Below are positions 36,145 to 47,999 of a stretch of 64,000 nucleotides of DNA, piece by piece. The stretch spans positions 7,728 through 71,727 of the forward strand of contig CALVYA010000005.1 in NCBI GenBank assembly GCA_944371905.1. The letters run 5' to 3'. How positions within the stretch are numbered: the stretch's first letter is position 1; the number at the start of each line of letters is the position of its first letter. The position numbers were made by a program, and so were the translations under genes. The notes under the pieces were generated by a model. It saw only the letters and a list, made by a program, of their open reading frames with translations. It made no database searches and was not told the origin of the DNA. Origin of the DNA: an uncultured Bacilli bacterium (GTDB lineage: Bacteria > Bacillota_I > Bacilli_A > RF39 > UBA660).

Positions 36145-36190
36145 AGTGGGAGGCAAAAGCTAAAAATGCGGACTAGCTATTAGGACCACT
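36145..36190 (+). promoter_or_regulatory. Structured rplK leader, candidate L1-binding autoregulatory element
   Basis: AGTGG (36145-49) pairs with CCACT (36186-90). This encloses GAGG..., a GCTA/TAGC inner stem and a GCGGACT loop. It shares GTGGGAGG with the rplA leader. Confidence 0.35.
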
Positions 36191-36225
36191 CGCGAAAACT
36201 AAAAAATTTATAGGAGGTGTTTTTC

Positions 36226-36651
36226 GTGGCAAAAGAAGTAGTTAAAAAAATAAAATTACAAATTCAAGCTGGAAAAGCTACACCTGCTCCACCAGTAGGA
36301 ACAGTATTAGGGCCAGCAGGGGTTAATCTACAAGAATTCTGTACAAAATATAATGATGCAACACGTGATAAAATGGGAGATATATTACCAGTAGAAATTA
36401 CTATTTTTGATGATAGAAGTTTCGACTTTGTAATAAAAACTCCACCTACAGCGTTCTTATTAAAGAAAGCAGCAAAGATTGAAAAAGGTTCAGTAAAAGG
36501 TAAGAATGAAGTAGTTGGTACAATTACGAAAGAACAATTAAAAGAAATAGCTGAAACAAAATTACCAGATTTGAATGCTTATGATGTAGAAGAAGCTATG
36601 AAAATTGTTGAGGGTACTGCTCTTAACATGGGAATTAAAATTTCTGAATAA
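36226..36651 (+). CDS. rplK: 50S ribosomal protein L11
   Basis: [34 protein letters not shown].... GTG at 36226 after AGGAGG. Confidence 0.93.
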   Translation: MAKEVVKKIKLQIQAGKATPAPPVGTVLGPAGVNLQEFCTKYNDATRDKMGDILPVEITIFDDRSFDFVIKTPPTAFLLKKAAKIEKGSVKGKNEVVGTITKEQLKEIAETKLPDLNAYDVEEAMKIVEGTALNMGIKISE

Positions 36652-36667
36652 TAAATAATGGTATACC

Positions 36668-36717
36668 TATGTGGGAGGATGTCCGCTTACGCTTCCATAT
36701 ATACCACATAAGGAGGA
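36668..36717 (+). promoter_or_regulatory. Structured rplK-rplA spacer, second candidate L1-binding element abutting the rplA SD
   Basis: TATGTGG (36668-74) pairs perfectly with CCACATA (36704-10). GAGG follows the 5' strand, and the AAGGAGG SD follows the 3' strand directly. Confidence 0.35.
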
Positions 36718-36722
36718 TTAAA

Positions 36723-37421
36723 GTGAAAAAAAGAAGTAAGAAATATTTAGAAGCTTTATCAAAAATTGAAAAAGGTAAAGCATATACAAAAGAAGAAGCG
36801 ATAAAATTAGTAAAAGAAACTTCTGTTAGTAAATTTAATGCATCTGTTGAATTAGCTATTAGATTAAATTTAGATACTAAAAAAGCTGATCAACAATTAA
36901 GAGGTGCTATAGTTTTACCGCATGGAACAGGTAAGACTAAAAAAGTATTAGTAATTGCTAAAGGCGATAATGCTAAGAAAGCTCAAGAAGCTGGAGCAGA
37001 TTTCGTTGGTGATACTGATATGTTAGAAAAAATCGAAAAGGAAAACTGGTTTGATTTTGATGTAATGATTGCAACACCAGACATGATGCCGCTTTTAGGT
37101 AAATTAGGTAGAGTATTAGGACCTAAAGGATTAATGCCAAACCCTAAAACTGGAACTGTAACAACAGATGTTACTAAAGCAGTAACTGATGTAAAAGCTG
37201 GTCGTGTAGAATATAGAACAGATACTTTTGGTAATGTTCATGGTATTATTGGTAATGTAACTTTTACTGAAGAACAATTACTTGAAAATTTGAATGCATT
37301 TATGGCTACAATTTTAAAAGTAAAACCTTCTACAGTTAAAGGGGATTACATTAAAAATATAGCAGTTTCTACTACAATGGGTCCAGGAATTAAAATAATC
37401 ACAAATTCTTTTGACAATTAG
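36723..37421 (+). CDS. rplA: 50S ribosomal protein L1
   Basis: [21 protein letters not shown]...[12 protein letters not shown]...[15 protein letters not shown].... GTG at 36723 after AAGGAGG. Confidence 0.93.
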   Translation: MKKRSKKYLEALSKIEKGKAYTKEEAIKLVKETSVSKFNASVELAIRLNLDTKKADQQLRGAIVLPHGTGKTKKVLVIAKGDNAKKAQEAGADFVGDTDMLEKIEKENWFDFDVMIATPDMMPLLGKLGRVLGPKGLMPNPKTGTVTTDVTKAVTDVKAGRVEYRTDTFGNVHGIIGNVTFTEEQLLENLNAFMATILKVKPSTVKGDYIKNIAVSTTMGPGIKIITNSFDN

Positions 37422-37444
37422 TAGAATATAATATATAATACAAA

Positions 37445-37564
37445 TTGATTTCCAAGTGCCATAGACAGTAGGTATAAAAATAAATCCTACCGAGGACTTA
37501 ACTTAAATAAATAGTTATTAAAGTCTTTATGTCTATTTACATTGGCACATAAAGGCTTTTCTTT
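37445..37564 (+). promoter_or_regulatory. Ribosomal protein L10 leader-type attenuator (terminator/antiterminator)
   Basis: 12-bp terminator stem 37521-32 / 37547-58 followed by TTCTTT. The upstream GTGCCATAGACA (37456-67) can pair with TGTCTAT (37531-37) and TGGCAC (37543-48) inside the terminator. Position upstream of rplJ-rplL matches the Firmicute L10 leader. Confidence 0.55.
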
Positions 37565-37597
37565 ATGGCATTTAAAAATATTATGAGGAGGTGCTAT

Positions 37598-38092
37598 ATG
37601 GCAAGTGAGAAAATTCTAGCTAAAAAACAAGCTATTATTGATGAAATCAAAGATCGTGTTCAAAATAACGCAACTATAGTTTTATTTGATTATCGTGGAA
37701 TTACTGATAATGAAGCTAAAGAATTAAGACGTACTCTAAGATCAAATGATTCTGATTATAAAGTATATAAGAACACTTTGATGGCTAGAGCATTATCTGA
37801 TTTAAATATTAATCTTGATGATAATTTAACTGGACCAAGTGCTTTAGCATTCGGTACTGATCAAATTGCACCAATTAAAGTATTATCAGATTTTGCTAAA
37901 AAGAATCCAGCATTGGTACTAAAAGTAGGTATTGTGGATGGAGAGATTTCAGATAAAGAAAAATTAGCTGCTTTATCAACTATTCCATCAAGAGAAGGAT
38001 TACTTACTATGTTAGCTGGTGGTATGATTGGAATTGCAAAAGATTTATCTATTTGTTTAGATTTATATGCAAAGCAAAAAGAAGAAAAATAA
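37598..38092 (+). CDS. rplJ: 50S ribosomal protein L10
   Basis: MASEKILAKKQAIIDEIKDRVQ...VLFDYRGITDNEAKELRRTLR.... ATG at 37598 after GAGGAGG. Confidence 0.92.
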   Translation: MASEKILAKKQAIIDEIKDRVQNNATIVLFDYRGITDNEAKELRRTLRSNDSDYKVYKNTLMARALSDLNINLDDNLTGPSALAFGTDQIAPIKVLSDFAKKNPALVLKVGIVDGEISDKEKLAALSTIPSREGLLTMLAGGMIGIAKDLSICLDLYAKQKEEK

Positions 38093-38120
38093 TAAAATTT
38101 AATATAGGGAGGAAAATAAA

Positions 38121-38489
38121 ATGGCTAAATTAACAAGAGATGAATTTATAAGTGCTTTAAAAGAAATGAACCTTTTAGAAATTAAAGAATTAGTAGATGC
38201 TATGAAAGAGGAGTTTGGAGTAGATCCAAGTAGTGTAGCAGTTGCTGCTGCACCAGCAGCTAGTGCTGAAGAAGCTGGACCAAGCGTTGTTAGTGTTAAC
38301 TTAGTAAACGCAGGTGCTGCTAAAATCAACGTTATCAAAGTAATTAAAGAAATTACAGGATTAGGATTAAAAGAATCTAAAGATATTGCTGATAATGGTG
38401 GAGCTATTAAAGAAGGTATTTCTGTAGATGAAGCAAATGAAATCAAAGCTAAGCTTGAAGAAGCTGGAGCAGAAGTAGAAGTTAAATAA
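38121..38489 (+). CDS. rplL: 50S ribosomal protein L7/L12
   Basis: ...AAAPAA... hinge, then KINVIKVIKEITGLGLKESKD...EANEIKAKLEEAGAEVEVK. Confidence 0.95.
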   Translation: MAKLTRDEFISALKEMNLLEIKELVDAMKEEFGVDPSSVAVAAAPAASAEEAGPSVVSVNLVNAGAAKINVIKVIKEITGLGLKESKDIADNGGAIKEGISVDEANEIKAKLEEAGAEVEVK

Positions 38490-38503
38490 ATCTGTGATTG
38501 TGA

Positions 38504-38530
38504 AAGAACATATTCGTATGTTCTTTTTTC
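38504..38530 (+). terminator. Rho-independent terminator after rplL
   Basis: AAGAACATA-ttcg-TATGTTCTT followed by TTTT. Confidence 0.75.
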
Positions 38531-38578
38531 TTGTAAAAAAATAGAAAATACGGTATTATGTATAATAGGTGATGGTAT

Positions 38579-39370
38579 ATGAAAAAGAATAAACTTACTA
38601 AAAAAGATATAGGTATCATTATTATTGTAGCGTTGATTATAGGATTCGTTTTTAGTGGAATATTATCTTATATCAATTATAGTAATAAAAATAAAGAAGA
38701 GATTACTGAACCATCTGGAAAGGTAGAAAATTTGGAAATAGGTGACGAAGTAGTTCAAAATCTATTCTATTTAACTAGAGGGGATTTGACTGGTAGTTTA
38801 TTTGTAGGAACAGATTATGAAAATATTTATTATCGACAAGATAGAATTATCATCGACGAAATGGATGAAAACTTTAAAAAAATATTATCTTTTGTTACTT
38901 TAAATGAAAATCTAATTAAACAAGAACAATCTAAATCTATCATTAATTCTGATGATTTAAAAAATCAATATAATAAAATTTTTGGAAATTTAACAGATTA
39001 TAAAGATGAAACTTTTAATTATAATTGCCCAGCTACCATAGAATATAATAAAAAGTCTAACCAGTATGAATATGAGAACGCTTGTGGATATTCCCTTTCT
39101 AGTGGTTATGTCAGTAAATTAACAGAAGCTAAAAAATATGAAGATCGAATCGAAATATATGAGACAGTTGCATTTTATTTATTAGATGATAATACTAATG
39201 AAGTATCTTATTTTACGACTAGTGATTATAGTGAATATTTAGTAGTATTAAAAAATGAGGAAACCTTTACTATAGAAGATTATGCAGATAAATTAGATAT
39301 ATATAAATATACTTTTATGAGAGATAAAGATACATATCATTTTACTAAAGTGGAAAAACAAGAAAAGTAA
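38579..39370 (+). CDS. Membrane-anchored hypothetical protein
   Basis: 263 aa with an N-terminal ...IGIIIIVALIIGFVFSGILSYI... anchor. No motif recognised. Confidence 0.6.
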   Translation: MKKNKLTKKDIGIIIIVALIIGFVFSGILSYINYSNKNKEEITEPSGKVENLEIGDEVVQNLFYLTRGDLTGSLFVGTDYENIYYRQDRIIIDEMDENFKKILSFVTLNENLIKQEQSKSIINSDDLKNQYNKIFGNLTDYKDETFNYNCPATIEYNKKSNQYEYENACGYSLSSGYVSKLTEAKKYEDRIEIYETVAFYLLDDNTNEVSYFTTSDYSEYLVVLKNEETFTIEDYADKLDIYKYTFMRDKDTYHFTKVEKQEK

Positions 39371-39487
39371 AAGATGAGAATTCTATTGATTTTATTTAAA
39401 AAGTATAGTATGATTAATGATACGAAAGGAGTTAACTATAAATTAAATTTTGTAGTTAACTTTTTTAACTTTTAAGGGATTGATTTC

Positions 39488-40075
39488 ATGGGACAATATT
39501 TTGATAACGATAAATTAAAAAGCGAAATAAATTTATTTAAAACCAAGATATTAGATAGAGAATATTCTTTTTACACAGATAATGGAGTCTTTTCTAAAAA
39601 TAAATTAGATTTTGGGACTAGAACATTAATAGAGAGTATTAACTTAGATGAATTACATGGTAAAGTTTTAGATGTTGGATGTGGATATGGTGTAATTGAT
39701 ATTGTCTTATCTAAAATAACAGATGCATTTTTTGAAGGAATAGATGTTAATTTAAGGGCACTTCATTTAGCTAAAATGAATGCCAAACTTAACAATACTG
39801 ATAATGTAAAATTTTACGAAAGCAATGTCTATGAAAATGTAAATTCTAAATATAATTTTATTATTACTAATCCTCCTATTAGAGCAGGTAAAAAAATAGT
39901 ATATGATATTGTTATGAATGCTAGATTTCATTTAGAAGAAAATGGCATTTTATATATAGTAATAAGAAAAGAACAGGGTGCTAAATCTATGGTAAGAGAT
40001 CTCTCCAAATATTATAAAACAGAGGTCATAGCTAAAAATAAAGGTTTTTTTGTAATTAAATGTAATTTACATTGA
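39488..40075 (+). CDS. Class I SAM-dependent methyltransferase, RsmC/YbxB-like
   Basis: VLDVGCGYGVI (motif I) and IITNPPIRAGK (motif IV). It occupies the same rplL-rpoB position as B. subtilis ybxB. Confidence 0.8.
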   Translation: MGQYFDNDKLKSEINLFKTKILDREYSFYTDNGVFSKNKLDFGTRTLIESINLDELHGKVLDVGCGYGVIDIVLSKITDAFFEGIDVNLRALHLAKMNAKLNNTDNVKFYESNVYENVNSKYNFIITNPPIRAGKKIVYDIVMNARFHLEENGILYIVIRKEQGAKSMVRDLSKYYKTEVIAKNKGFFVIKCNLH

Positions 40076-40170
40076 CATCTTGTTTGAAATGTGCTAATAA
40101 TATAAATTGGCAACGTATTAGATTAAGTAAATATGTTCTTTGATTAAATATTGGTATAGGGGTGAAATAA

Positions 40171-43100
40171 GTGGCATATAAGATAATTAATTGTGGCAAG
40201 CATCGTACGAGAAGAAGTTTTTCTAGAATCAAAAATACTTATGAATTAAAGGATTTACTAGAGATCCAAAAGAAATCATATCAGTGGTTTGTTGAAACAG
40301 GTATTAAAGAAGTTTTCGATGACCTATTCCCCGTAGAAAATTTTTCAGGTACTTTATCATTAGAATTTGGAGATTATCATTTTGATGAGCCTAGATATTC
40401 TATTAAACAAAGTAAAGACCGTGAAACAACTTATGCGGCACCTTTAAAGGTAGAAGTGCGCCTTTTTAATCATGAAACAGGCGAAGTAAAAGAGCAAGAA
40501 ATATTTTTAGGAGATATGCCCTTAATGACAGAAAGTGGTACTTTTGTTATTAATGGTGCAGAACGTGTAATTGTATCTCAATTAGTAAGATCTCCTAGTG
40601 TTTATTTCAATAAAGAAACAGATAAAAACGGTAGACTTTCTATTACATCACAAATTATTCCTACACGTGGAACTTGGCTAGAATTTGAAACTGATGCCAG
40701 GGATGTTTTGTATGTAAGAATTGATAGAACTAGAAAAGTTCCATTGACTACATTATTACGTGCATTTGGGTTATCTAGCGATGAAGAAATATTAAATTTG
40801 TTTGGACAAGATGAATATTTAGAAAATACTTTGGCTAAAGATTCAACTAGAAATACTGATGAAGCGTTAATTGAAATTTATGAAAAATTAAGACCAGGAG
40901 AACCAGCAACATTAGATTCTTCTAAGAACCAAATTATTACTAGATTTTTTGATGAATTCAGATATGATCTAGCCCGTGTTGGACGTTATAAATTTAATCG
41001 CAAACTAAATGTCTTAGATAGATTGTTAAATCAACATATTGCGGAAGACATTATTGTAGATGGTGAGGTAGTAGTCAGTAAAGATACTTTAGTTACGAAA
41101 GATATTTTAGATAAATTAAAACCAGTTTTTGAAAATGGATATAATGTTAGAGAAGTAACTATTAATGAAGATTTAGATAATCTTAATAAAATTCAAACGG
41201 TTAAGATTTATAATCCTAATAATAAGAAGGAAATTATTACTATAATAGGTAATGATCAAACTTTAGATGTTAAGAGGTTAACTATATCTGACTTATATGC
41301 TTCAGTTTCTTATTATTTAAATTTGTTAAAAGGAATTGGACAAATTGACGAAATTGATCATTTAGGAAATCGTCGTATTCGTCAAGTTGGAGAATTATTA
41401 CAAAATCAATTTAGAATAGGTGTTTCGCGTATGGAACGTGTTATTCGCGAGAGAATGACTACGCAAGAAATGGAAGAAGTAACACCTAAGACATTAATTA
41501 ATATAAGACCTATTACTGCTGCTATGAAAGAGTTTTTTGGTAGTAGCCAATTGTCTCAATTTATGGATCAAACAAATCCAATTGCAGAGTTAACTAATAA
41601 AAGACGTTTATCAGCACTAGGACCAGGTGGACTATCTCGTGATAGAGCAGGTATGGAAGTACGTGACGTTAATGCTTCTCACTATGGAAGAATTTGTCCT
41701 ATTGAGTCACCAGAAGGACAAAATATAGGACTTATTACCTCACTAGCTAGTTATGCTAAAGTGGATGAATATGGATTTATTATGACTCCATATCGTAAGG
41801 TTAAAAACAAAGTATTAACTGATGAAGTGGATTATCTAACAGCCGATGAAGAAAATGACGTTATCATATCTTTAGCGACAGTTACTATTGATGATAATAA
41901 TATGATGATTGATGAGCAAGTTCCTGCTAGATTTCGTGGAGAAAACATTATTGTAAAACCAGAGCAAGTTGATTATGTTGATGTATCACCACAACAAGTA
42001 GTAGCAATTACGACAAGCTGTATTCCTTTCTTAGAGCATGATGATGCTACTCGTGCTTTGATGGGAGCTAACATGCAACGTCAATCAGTACCATTATTAA
42101 GATCAGAAGCTCCATTAGTAGGAACAGGTGTTGAATATATTGCTGCTAAAGATTCGGGAGCAGTAATTGTAGCAAAAGCAGATGGTATTGTTGATTATGT
42201 AGATGCTAGAAAAATTGTTGTTAAAAATAAAGGTGGAATAGATGAATATCATTTAGCTAATTTTGAGTTATCGAATGCTGGTACGTGCCAACATCATAGA
42301 CCTATTGTAAGAGTAGGAGATAAAGTAGAAAAAGGTGATGTTATTGCTGATGGACCAAGTACCGATAAAGGTGAATTAGCTTTAGGAAAAAATGTTGTAG
42401 TGGCTTTCATGACATTTAATGGATATAACTATGAAGATGCTGTAATTTTAAATGAAAGATTAGTAAAAGATGACGTTTATACAGGTATTCATTTAGAAGA
42501 TTTTGAAATGCAATGTCGTGAAACTAAATTAGGACCAGAAGAAATTACAAGAGATATTCCTAATGTTAGTGATGAAGCTAGAAAACATTTAGATGAGAAT
42601 GGTATCGTAATTGTTGGTACTGAAGTAAAAGAAGGGGATATCCTAGTTGGTAAGGTTACTCCAAAAGGTATGGCTGAACTTACTTCAGAAGAAAAATTAT
42701 TACATGCTATCTTTGGAGAAAAAACTCGTGAAGTAAGAGATACTTCTTTACGTGTACCGCATGGTGGAGATGGTATTGTCCATGATGTTAAGATTTTCTC
42801 AAGAAAAGAAAACGATGAATTACCAGCTGGAGTTTCTAAAGTAATTCGTGTATATATAGCACAAAAAAGAAAAATCCAAGTTGGAGATAAAATGGCTGGA
42901 CGTCACGGTAATAAAGGTGTTATTTCGCTTATTTTACCAGAAGAAGATATGCCATATTTACCAGATGGTAGAACAGTTGATATTATGTTAAATCCACAGG
43001 GTGTACCTTCTCGTATGAATCTTGGACAAATATTAGAGCTACATTTAGGTATGGCTGCTAAAGAGTTAAATGTTCATGTAGCTACACCAGTATTTGATGG

Positions 43101-43782
43101 AGCTAAAACTAATGATATAGCTGAGATGATGGAAGAAGCAGGATTAGCACCAGACGGTAAAACAATTTTATATGATGGTAGAACAGGGACTCCATTTGAT
43201 AACAGAATATCTGTTGGAGTTATGTATATGATCAAATTGCATCATATGGTGGATGACAAATTACATGCAAGAAGCACAGGACCTTATTCGTTAGTAACAC
43301 AACAACCACTTGGAGGTAAAGCTCAATTTGGTGGACAAAGATTTGGAGAAATGGAAGTTTGGGCATTATATGCATATGGTGCTGCTCATACATTACAAGA
43401 AATCTTAACAGTTAAATCCGATGATGTATTAGGTCGTGTAAAAGTATATGAAGCTATCGTTAAAGGTCAGGAAATCAATCAAGCAGGAGTTCCAGAAAGC
43501 TTTAGAGTATTAATGAAAGAATTCCAAGCTTTAGGATTAGATATTAGTATTATTAATGATAAGCATGAAGAATTGCAATTAAAGACAATAGAAGAAGAAG
43601 AATATAAAGACGATTTTGTTGGTAGTGTTGAGGATATAGAATTACCAATTCCTACGCACGAAGATGAAAATAAAGAATATGATAATGAGACAGATTCAGA
43701 AGATGATGAATTTGATGAAGACTTTGAAAGTGAGTTTGAAAGCGAATTCGAAGATGATTTTATGGAAGGAGATGAAGACTAA
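40171..43782 (+). CDS. rpoB: DNA-directed RNA polymerase subunit beta, with an acidic C-terminal extension
   Basis: GTG start after AGGGGTGA. Conserved blocks include ...[27 protein letters not shown]... and ...[10 protein letters not shown].... Confidence 0.96.
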   Translation: MAYKIINCGKHRTRRSFSRIKNTYELKDLLEIQKKSYQWFVETGIKEVFDDLFPVENFSGTLSLEFGDYHFDEPRYSIKQSKDRETTYAAPLKVEVRLFNHETGEVKEQEIFLGDMPLMTESGTFVINGAERVIVSQLVRSPSVYFNKETDKNGRLSITSQIIPTRGTWLEFETDARDVLYVRIDRTRKVPLTTLLRAFGLSSDEEILNLFGQDEYLENTLAKDSTRNTDEALIEIYEKLRPGEPATLDSSKNQIITRFFDEFRYDLARVGRYKFNRKLNVLDRLLNQHIAEDIIVDGEVVVSKDTLVTKDILDKLKPVFENGYNVREVTINEDLDNLNKIQTVKIYNPNNKKEIITIIGNDQTLDVKRLTISDLYASVSYYLNLLKGIGQIDEIDHLGNRRIRQVGELLQNQFRIGVSRMERVIRERMTTQEMEEVTPKTLINIRPITAAMKEFFGSSQLSQFMDQTNPIAELTNKRRLSALGPGGLSRDRAGMEVRDVNASHYGRICPIESPEGQNIGLITSLASYAKVDEYGFIMTPYRKVKNKVLTDEVDYLTADEENDVIISLATVTIDDNNMMIDEQVPARFRGENIIVKPEQVDYVDVSPQQVVAITTSCIPFLEHDDATRALMGANMQRQSVPLLRSEAPLVGTGVEYIAAKDSGAVIVAKADGIVDYVDARKIVVKNKGGIDEYHLANFELSNAGTCQHHRPIVRVGDKVEKGDVIADGPSTDKGELALGKNVVVAFMTFNGYNYEDAVILNERLVKDDVYTGIHLEDFEMQCRETKLGPEEITRDIPNVSDEARKHLDENGIVIVGTEVKEGDILVGKVTPKGMAELTSEEKLLHAIFGEKTREVRDTSLRVPHGGDGIVHDVKIFSRKENDELPAGVSKVIRVYIAQKRKIQVGDKMAGRHGNKGVISLILPEEDMPYLPDGRTVDIMLNPQGVPSRMNLGQILELHLGMAAKELNVHVATPVFDGAKTNDIAEMMEEAGLAPDGKTILYDGRTGTPFDNRISVGVMYMIKLHHMVDDKLHARSTGPYSLVTQQPLGGKAQFGGQRFGEMEVWALYAYGAAHTLQEILTVKSDDVLGRVKVYEAIVKGQEINQAGVPESFRVLMKEFQALGLDISIINDKHEELQLKTIEEEEYKDDFVGSVEDIELPIPTHEDENKEYDNETDSEDDEFDEDFESEFESEFEDDFMEGDED

Positions 43783-46700
43783 TGATAGAAGTAAATAAGT
43801 TTGAAGCTCTAAAAATTGGTATTGCCTCTCCTGATAAAATCCGTGAATGGTCTTATGGTGAAGTAAAAAAGCCTGAAACTATTAACTATAGAACATTGCG
43901 TCCTGAAAGAGACGGATTGTTCTGTGAAAAAATATTTGGACCAACGAAAGATTTTGAATGTGCATGTGGAAAGTACAAAAGGGTAAGATATAAAAATATT
44001 GTTTGTGATCGATGTGGAGTAGAAGTAACTCGTAGTAAAGTAAGACGTGAAAGAATGGGACATATCGAATTAGCTTCTCCTGTGTCACATATATGGTTTT
44101 TTAAAGGCGTTCCTTCTAGAATGGGATTAGTTTTAGATATGTCACCAAGAGATCTAGAAGAAGTATTATACTTTGTAAGTTATGTTGTTATTGATAAAGG
44201 TATTGCACCTTTAGAAAATAAGCAAACATTATCAGAAAAAGAATATCGTCAATATTACGAAAAATATGGTAATGGATTCCGCGTTGGTATGGGAGCGGAA
44301 GCGATTAAGGAATTATTATCAAAAGTAGATATTGAAAAAGAACTAGAAGAAATAAAAAAGGAATTAGAAGATGCACAAGGACAAAAGAGAACAAGATTGT
44401 TAAAACGTATTGATGTTCTTGATGCTTTCCATAAATCAGGAAATCGTCCTGAATGGATGATCTTGGATTGTATTCCTGTAATACCACCTGAATTAAGACC
44501 GATGATTCAGTTGGATGGTGGAAGATTTGCTACTAGTGATTTAAATGATTTATATCGTCGTGTAATAAATAGAAATAATCGTTTAAAAAAATTAATTGAT
44601 TTAAAAGCACCAAGTATTATTATTCAAAATGAAAAACGTATGTTACAAGAAGCAGTTGACGCTCTATTTGACAATGGAAGACGTGGTAGAAGTGTTACTG
44701 GTGCCGGAAATCGTCCTTTGAAATCAATTTCTAGTATGTTAAAAGGTAAACAAGGAAGATTCCGTCAAAATTTACTTGGTAAGCGTGTAGATTATTCTGG
44801 GCGTTCTGTTATTGTTGTTGGACCATCATTAAAAATGTATCAATGTGGTATTCCCAAAGAAATGGCTCTAGAATTATTTAAACCACATGTTATTCATGGA
44901 TTAGTTTCTCGTGATATAGCACATAATATTAAAGCCGCTAAAAGATTAATTGAAAATAGAGATCCACAAGTTTGGGATGTAGTAGAAGATGTGATTAAAG
45001 AGCATCCAGTTCTATTAAATCGTGCTCCTACTTTACATAGACTAGGTATTCAAGCCTTTGAACCAGTTCTAATTGGAGGTAAAGCTATTCGATTACATCC
45101 ATTAGTTACGCCAGCATTTAATGCTGACTTCGATGGAGACCAAATGGCTGTTCATGTGCCATTATCAGAAGAAGCACAAGCGGAAGCTAGATTATTGATG
45201 TTAGGTGCTAACAACATCTTATCTCCAAAAAGTGGTGACCCAATTGTTACTCCATCTCAAGACATGGTTTTAGGTAACTATTATCTAACCATGGAGAAAG
45301 CTGGTCTTGAAGGGGAAGGTAGAGTATTTAAAGATATTAATGAAGCTTTAATGGCTTATGAAAGACGTGAATTAACTTTACATACAAGAGTAGCATTACC
45401 AGTAGATTCATTTAAACACAAATTATTTACTGAAGGTCAAAAAGGGAAATATTTAGTTACTACTATTGGTAAATTAATATTTAATGAAATCTTACCTGAT
45501 TCATTTGCTTATATTAATGAACCAACTTTAGATAATATTCAAAGTATCACACCTAATAAATATTTTATTGAAAAAGGACAAAATATTCCTGAAATTATTA
45601 AAGAAATGCCTTTAGTAAAACCATTCCCTAAAGGAACACTTGAAAATATTATTGCTCAAGTATTTAAACGTTATAAAACAACAGAAACTTCTATTATGTT
45701 GGATAAATTAAAAGACTTAGGATTTAAATATTCGACTATAGCTGGTATTACCGTGTCTATTAGTGATGTTGTTACTAGTGATAATAAAGAGGAAATCATT
45801 GCAGATGCTCAAAAAATTGTTGATAAGATTAATAAACAATATCAAAGAGGATTAATCACGGATGATGAAAGATTCCAAAAAGTAATTGCTACTTGGGATG
45901 ATGCCAAAAATAAAGTTCAAAAGGAACTTGCTGAAAAAGCCGAAAAATATGTAGACAATCCAATATTTATGATGATGCATTCCAAAGCACGTGGATCTAT
46001 TTCTAACTTTACACAAATTGCTGGTATGCGTGGTATTATGTCTAAACCTAATGGAGAACCAGTAGAAATTCCTATTACTTCTTCGTTTAGAGAAGGATTA
46101 TCTGTTGCTGAATTCTTCTTATCAACTCATGGTGCTCGTAAAGGTAGTGCTGATACAGCTTTAAAAACAGCGGACTCTGGATATTTAACAAGACGTTTAG
46201 TAGATGTATCTCAAGACATAATAGTAAGAGAAGCAGATTGTGGTACAGAAAATGGTGTCGTAGTTCGCGAATTTGTTAATGATAAAACTGGAGAAGTAAT
46301 TGAAAAATTATATGATCGTATTGTTGGTAGATATACTAATAAGAAAGTAATCAATCCAGAAACTAAAGAAGTAATAGCTGATAAGTTAGAGTATATTACT
46401 GAAGCTATCGCTGATAAGATAATAAAAGCAGGAATTAAAGAAGTAGAAATCAGAACAACATTAACTTGTAATACAGTAAATGGTGTGTGTCAAAAATGTT
46501 ATGGGCGCAACCTTGCTACGGGTAATGTAGTTGAAGTTGGTGAAGCTGTGGGTATTATGGCCGCTCAATCCATTGGTGAACCAGGTACTCAGTTAACAAT
46601 GAGAACTTTCCATACTGGTGGTGTAGCTGGTGGAGAAGATATTACTCAAGGTTTACCACGTATTCAAGAATTGTTTGAAGCTAGAATTCCTAAAGGAAAA

Positions 46701-47414
46701 GCTACTATTGCTGAAATTAATGGTAAAGTTTCTAAGATTGAAGAAGATCATGGTAAATTTAGGATTAGTATTACAAATAAATTAGAAACAAAGGAACATA
46801 TTACTAATTATGGTGCAAAACTACGTGTTAACTTAAATGATGAAGTAGTAGCAGGTGACAAATTAACTGAAGGTGCAATAAGTCCTAAAGAATTATTGGC
46901 AGTAACAGATCCACTTACTACTCAAGAATATATCTTAAAAGAGGTGCAATCCGTATATCGTGGTCAAGGTGTTGATATTTCTGATAAACACGTTGAAATT
47001 ATTGCTAAACGTATGATTTCTAAAATTAGAATTATTGACTCTGGTGACACCTTATTCTTACCTGGTGCATTAGTAAATTATAGAGAATTTACGGATGGTA
47101 ATAAAGAAGTAATTATTAATGGTAAACGTCCAGCTACAGGTAAACCAATATTACTTGGTATTACTAAAGCATCGCTAGAAACGGACTCATTCTTATCTGC
47201 AGCATCTTTCCAAGAGACAACTAGAATATTAACTGATGCCGCTATTAGAGGAAAAGTTGATACTTTACAAGGACTAAAAGAGAACGTTATTATTGGTAAA
47301 CTTATACCAGCAGGTACTGGAGTAAAACAATATAAAAACGTAGAATATGAATTAGCTTCTCAATTTATTGATGAGGAACCTATTGATAAATTAGAAGATG
47401 AATTAATGGAATAA
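43782..47414 (+). CDS. rpoC: DNA-directed RNA polymerase subunit beta'
   Basis: Zn-finger CACGKY...CDRCG and catalytic [17 protein letters not shown] overlap with the rpoB stop. Confidence 0.96.
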   Translation: MIEVNKFEALKIGIASPDKIREWSYGEVKKPETINYRTLRPERDGLFCEKIFGPTKDFECACGKYKRVRYKNIVCDRCGVEVTRSKVRRERMGHIELASPVSHIWFFKGVPSRMGLVLDMSPRDLEEVLYFVSYVVIDKGIAPLENKQTLSEKEYRQYYEKYGNGFRVGMGAEAIKELLSKVDIEKELEEIKKELEDAQGQKRTRLLKRIDVLDAFHKSGNRPEWMILDCIPVIPPELRPMIQLDGGRFATSDLNDLYRRVINRNNRLKKLIDLKAPSIIIQNEKRMLQEAVDALFDNGRRGRSVTGAGNRPLKSISSMLKGKQGRFRQNLLGKRVDYSGRSVIVVGPSLKMYQCGIPKEMALELFKPHVIHGLVSRDIAHNIKAAKRLIENRDPQVWDVVEDVIKEHPVLLNRAPTLHRLGIQAFEPVLIGGKAIRLHPLVTPAFNADFDGDQMAVHVPLSEEAQAEARLLMLGANNILSPKSGDPIVTPSQDMVLGNYYLTMEKAGLEGEGRVFKDINEALMAYERRELTLHTRVALPVDSFKHKLFTEGQKGKYLVTTIGKLIFNEILPDSFAYINEPTLDNIQSITPNKYFIEKGQNIPEIIKEMPLVKPFPKGTLENIIAQVFKRYKTTETSIMLDKLKDLGFKYSTIAGITVSISDVVTSDNKEEIIADAQKIVDKINKQYQRGLITDDERFQKVIATWDDAKNKVQKELAEKAEKYVDNPIFMMMHSKARGSISNFTQIAGMRGIMSKPNGEPVEIPITSSFREGLSVAEFFLSTHGARKGSADTALKTADSGYLTRRLVDVSQDIIVREADCGTENGVVVREFVNDKTGEVIEKLYDRIVGRYTNKKVINPETKEVIADKLEYITEAIADKIIKAGIKEVEIRTTLTCNTVNGVCQKCYGRNLATGNVVEVGEAVGIMAAQSIGEPGTQLTMRTFHTGGVAGGEDITQGLPRIQELFEARIPKGKATIAEINGKVSKIEEDHGKFRISITNKLETKEHITNYGAKLRVNLNDEVVAGDKLTEGAISPKELLAVTDPLTTQEYILKEVQSVYRGQGVDISDKHVEIIAKRMISKIRIIDSGDTLFLPGALVNYREFTDGNKEVIINGKRPATGKPILLGITKASLETDSFLSAASFQETTRILTDAAIRGKVDTLQGLKENVIIGKLIPAGTGVKQYKNVEYELASQFIDEEPIDKLEDELME

Positions 47415-47417
47415 TTA

Positions 47418-47450
47418 AAAGAGTTCATATCATTTTGAACTCTTTTTTTG
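47418..47450. terminator. Bidirectional terminator shared by rpoC (+) and mscL (-)
   Basis: AAAGAGTTCA-tatcattt-TGAACTCTTT with T runs on both strands. Confidence 0.7.
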
Positions 47451-47876
47451 CTTTTTTAATAAATCTCGTATTTCTTCTAATAATAATATCTCTTCGCTTT
47501 TTTTAGATGTCTCTTTTTTATTTTCATGTTTTTTCAAAAAGATTTTGTTAATAAATTTAATAAATATAAAAATACAAAAAGCTATAATTAAGAAATCAAT
47601 AATATTTTGAATAAATGATCCATAAGCAATATTAGCATCACCGATGGTAAGAGATAAATTAGAAAAGTCTTTACCACCTAATAAAATACCAATTATAGGT
47701 GTTAAAATGTCGTTGACTAATGAAGTTACAATTTTACTAAAGGCTCCTCCAATAATAACACCGACTGCTAATTCAATGACGTTACCACGTGAAATAAAAA
47801 TTTTAAACTCATTGATAAAACTATTCACTTTTTTCTTTTCTTCTTCCATAATTTTTACTTTTTTATCTTTATCCAT
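47430..47876 (-). CDS. mscL: Large-conductance mechanosensitive channel
   Basis: ...[37 protein letters not shown].... I prefer the start at MDKDKK (47876) after GAGGTG. Confidence 0.88.
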   Translation of the reverse strand: MDKDKKVKIMEEEKKKVNSFINEFKIFISRGNVIELAVGVIIGGAFSKIVTSLVNDILTPIIGILLGGKDFSNLSLTIGDANIAYGSFIQNIIDFLIIAFCIFIFIKFINKIFLKKHENKKETSKKSEEILLLEEIRDLLKKQKKSSK

Positions 47877-47999
47877 GTTACACCTCATTTAAATTATATC
47901 ATATATTATTTTTATATTTAATTGCTATTTCTTAAGAGTCTTAAAGTTTTACATTTAAATTTTACTATGTTATAATAAAAATTATCTAGGAGGGACAAG

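Noticed and set aside
38099-38446. A 115-aa minus-strand ORF overlapping rplL.
   Set aside because: rplL on the plus strand is unambiguous. The antisense ORF is an Ala/Ser-rich mirror of the L7/L12 hinge.
43809-44487. Three minus-strand ORFs (43809-44063, 43882-44088, 44305-44487) inside rpoC; the plus-strand 47644-47892 ORF antisense to mscL; and the 48646-48852 alternate-frame ORF inside the pyruvyl-transferase gene.
   Set aside because: All lie within strongly supported genes. None has an RBS or a recognisable motif.
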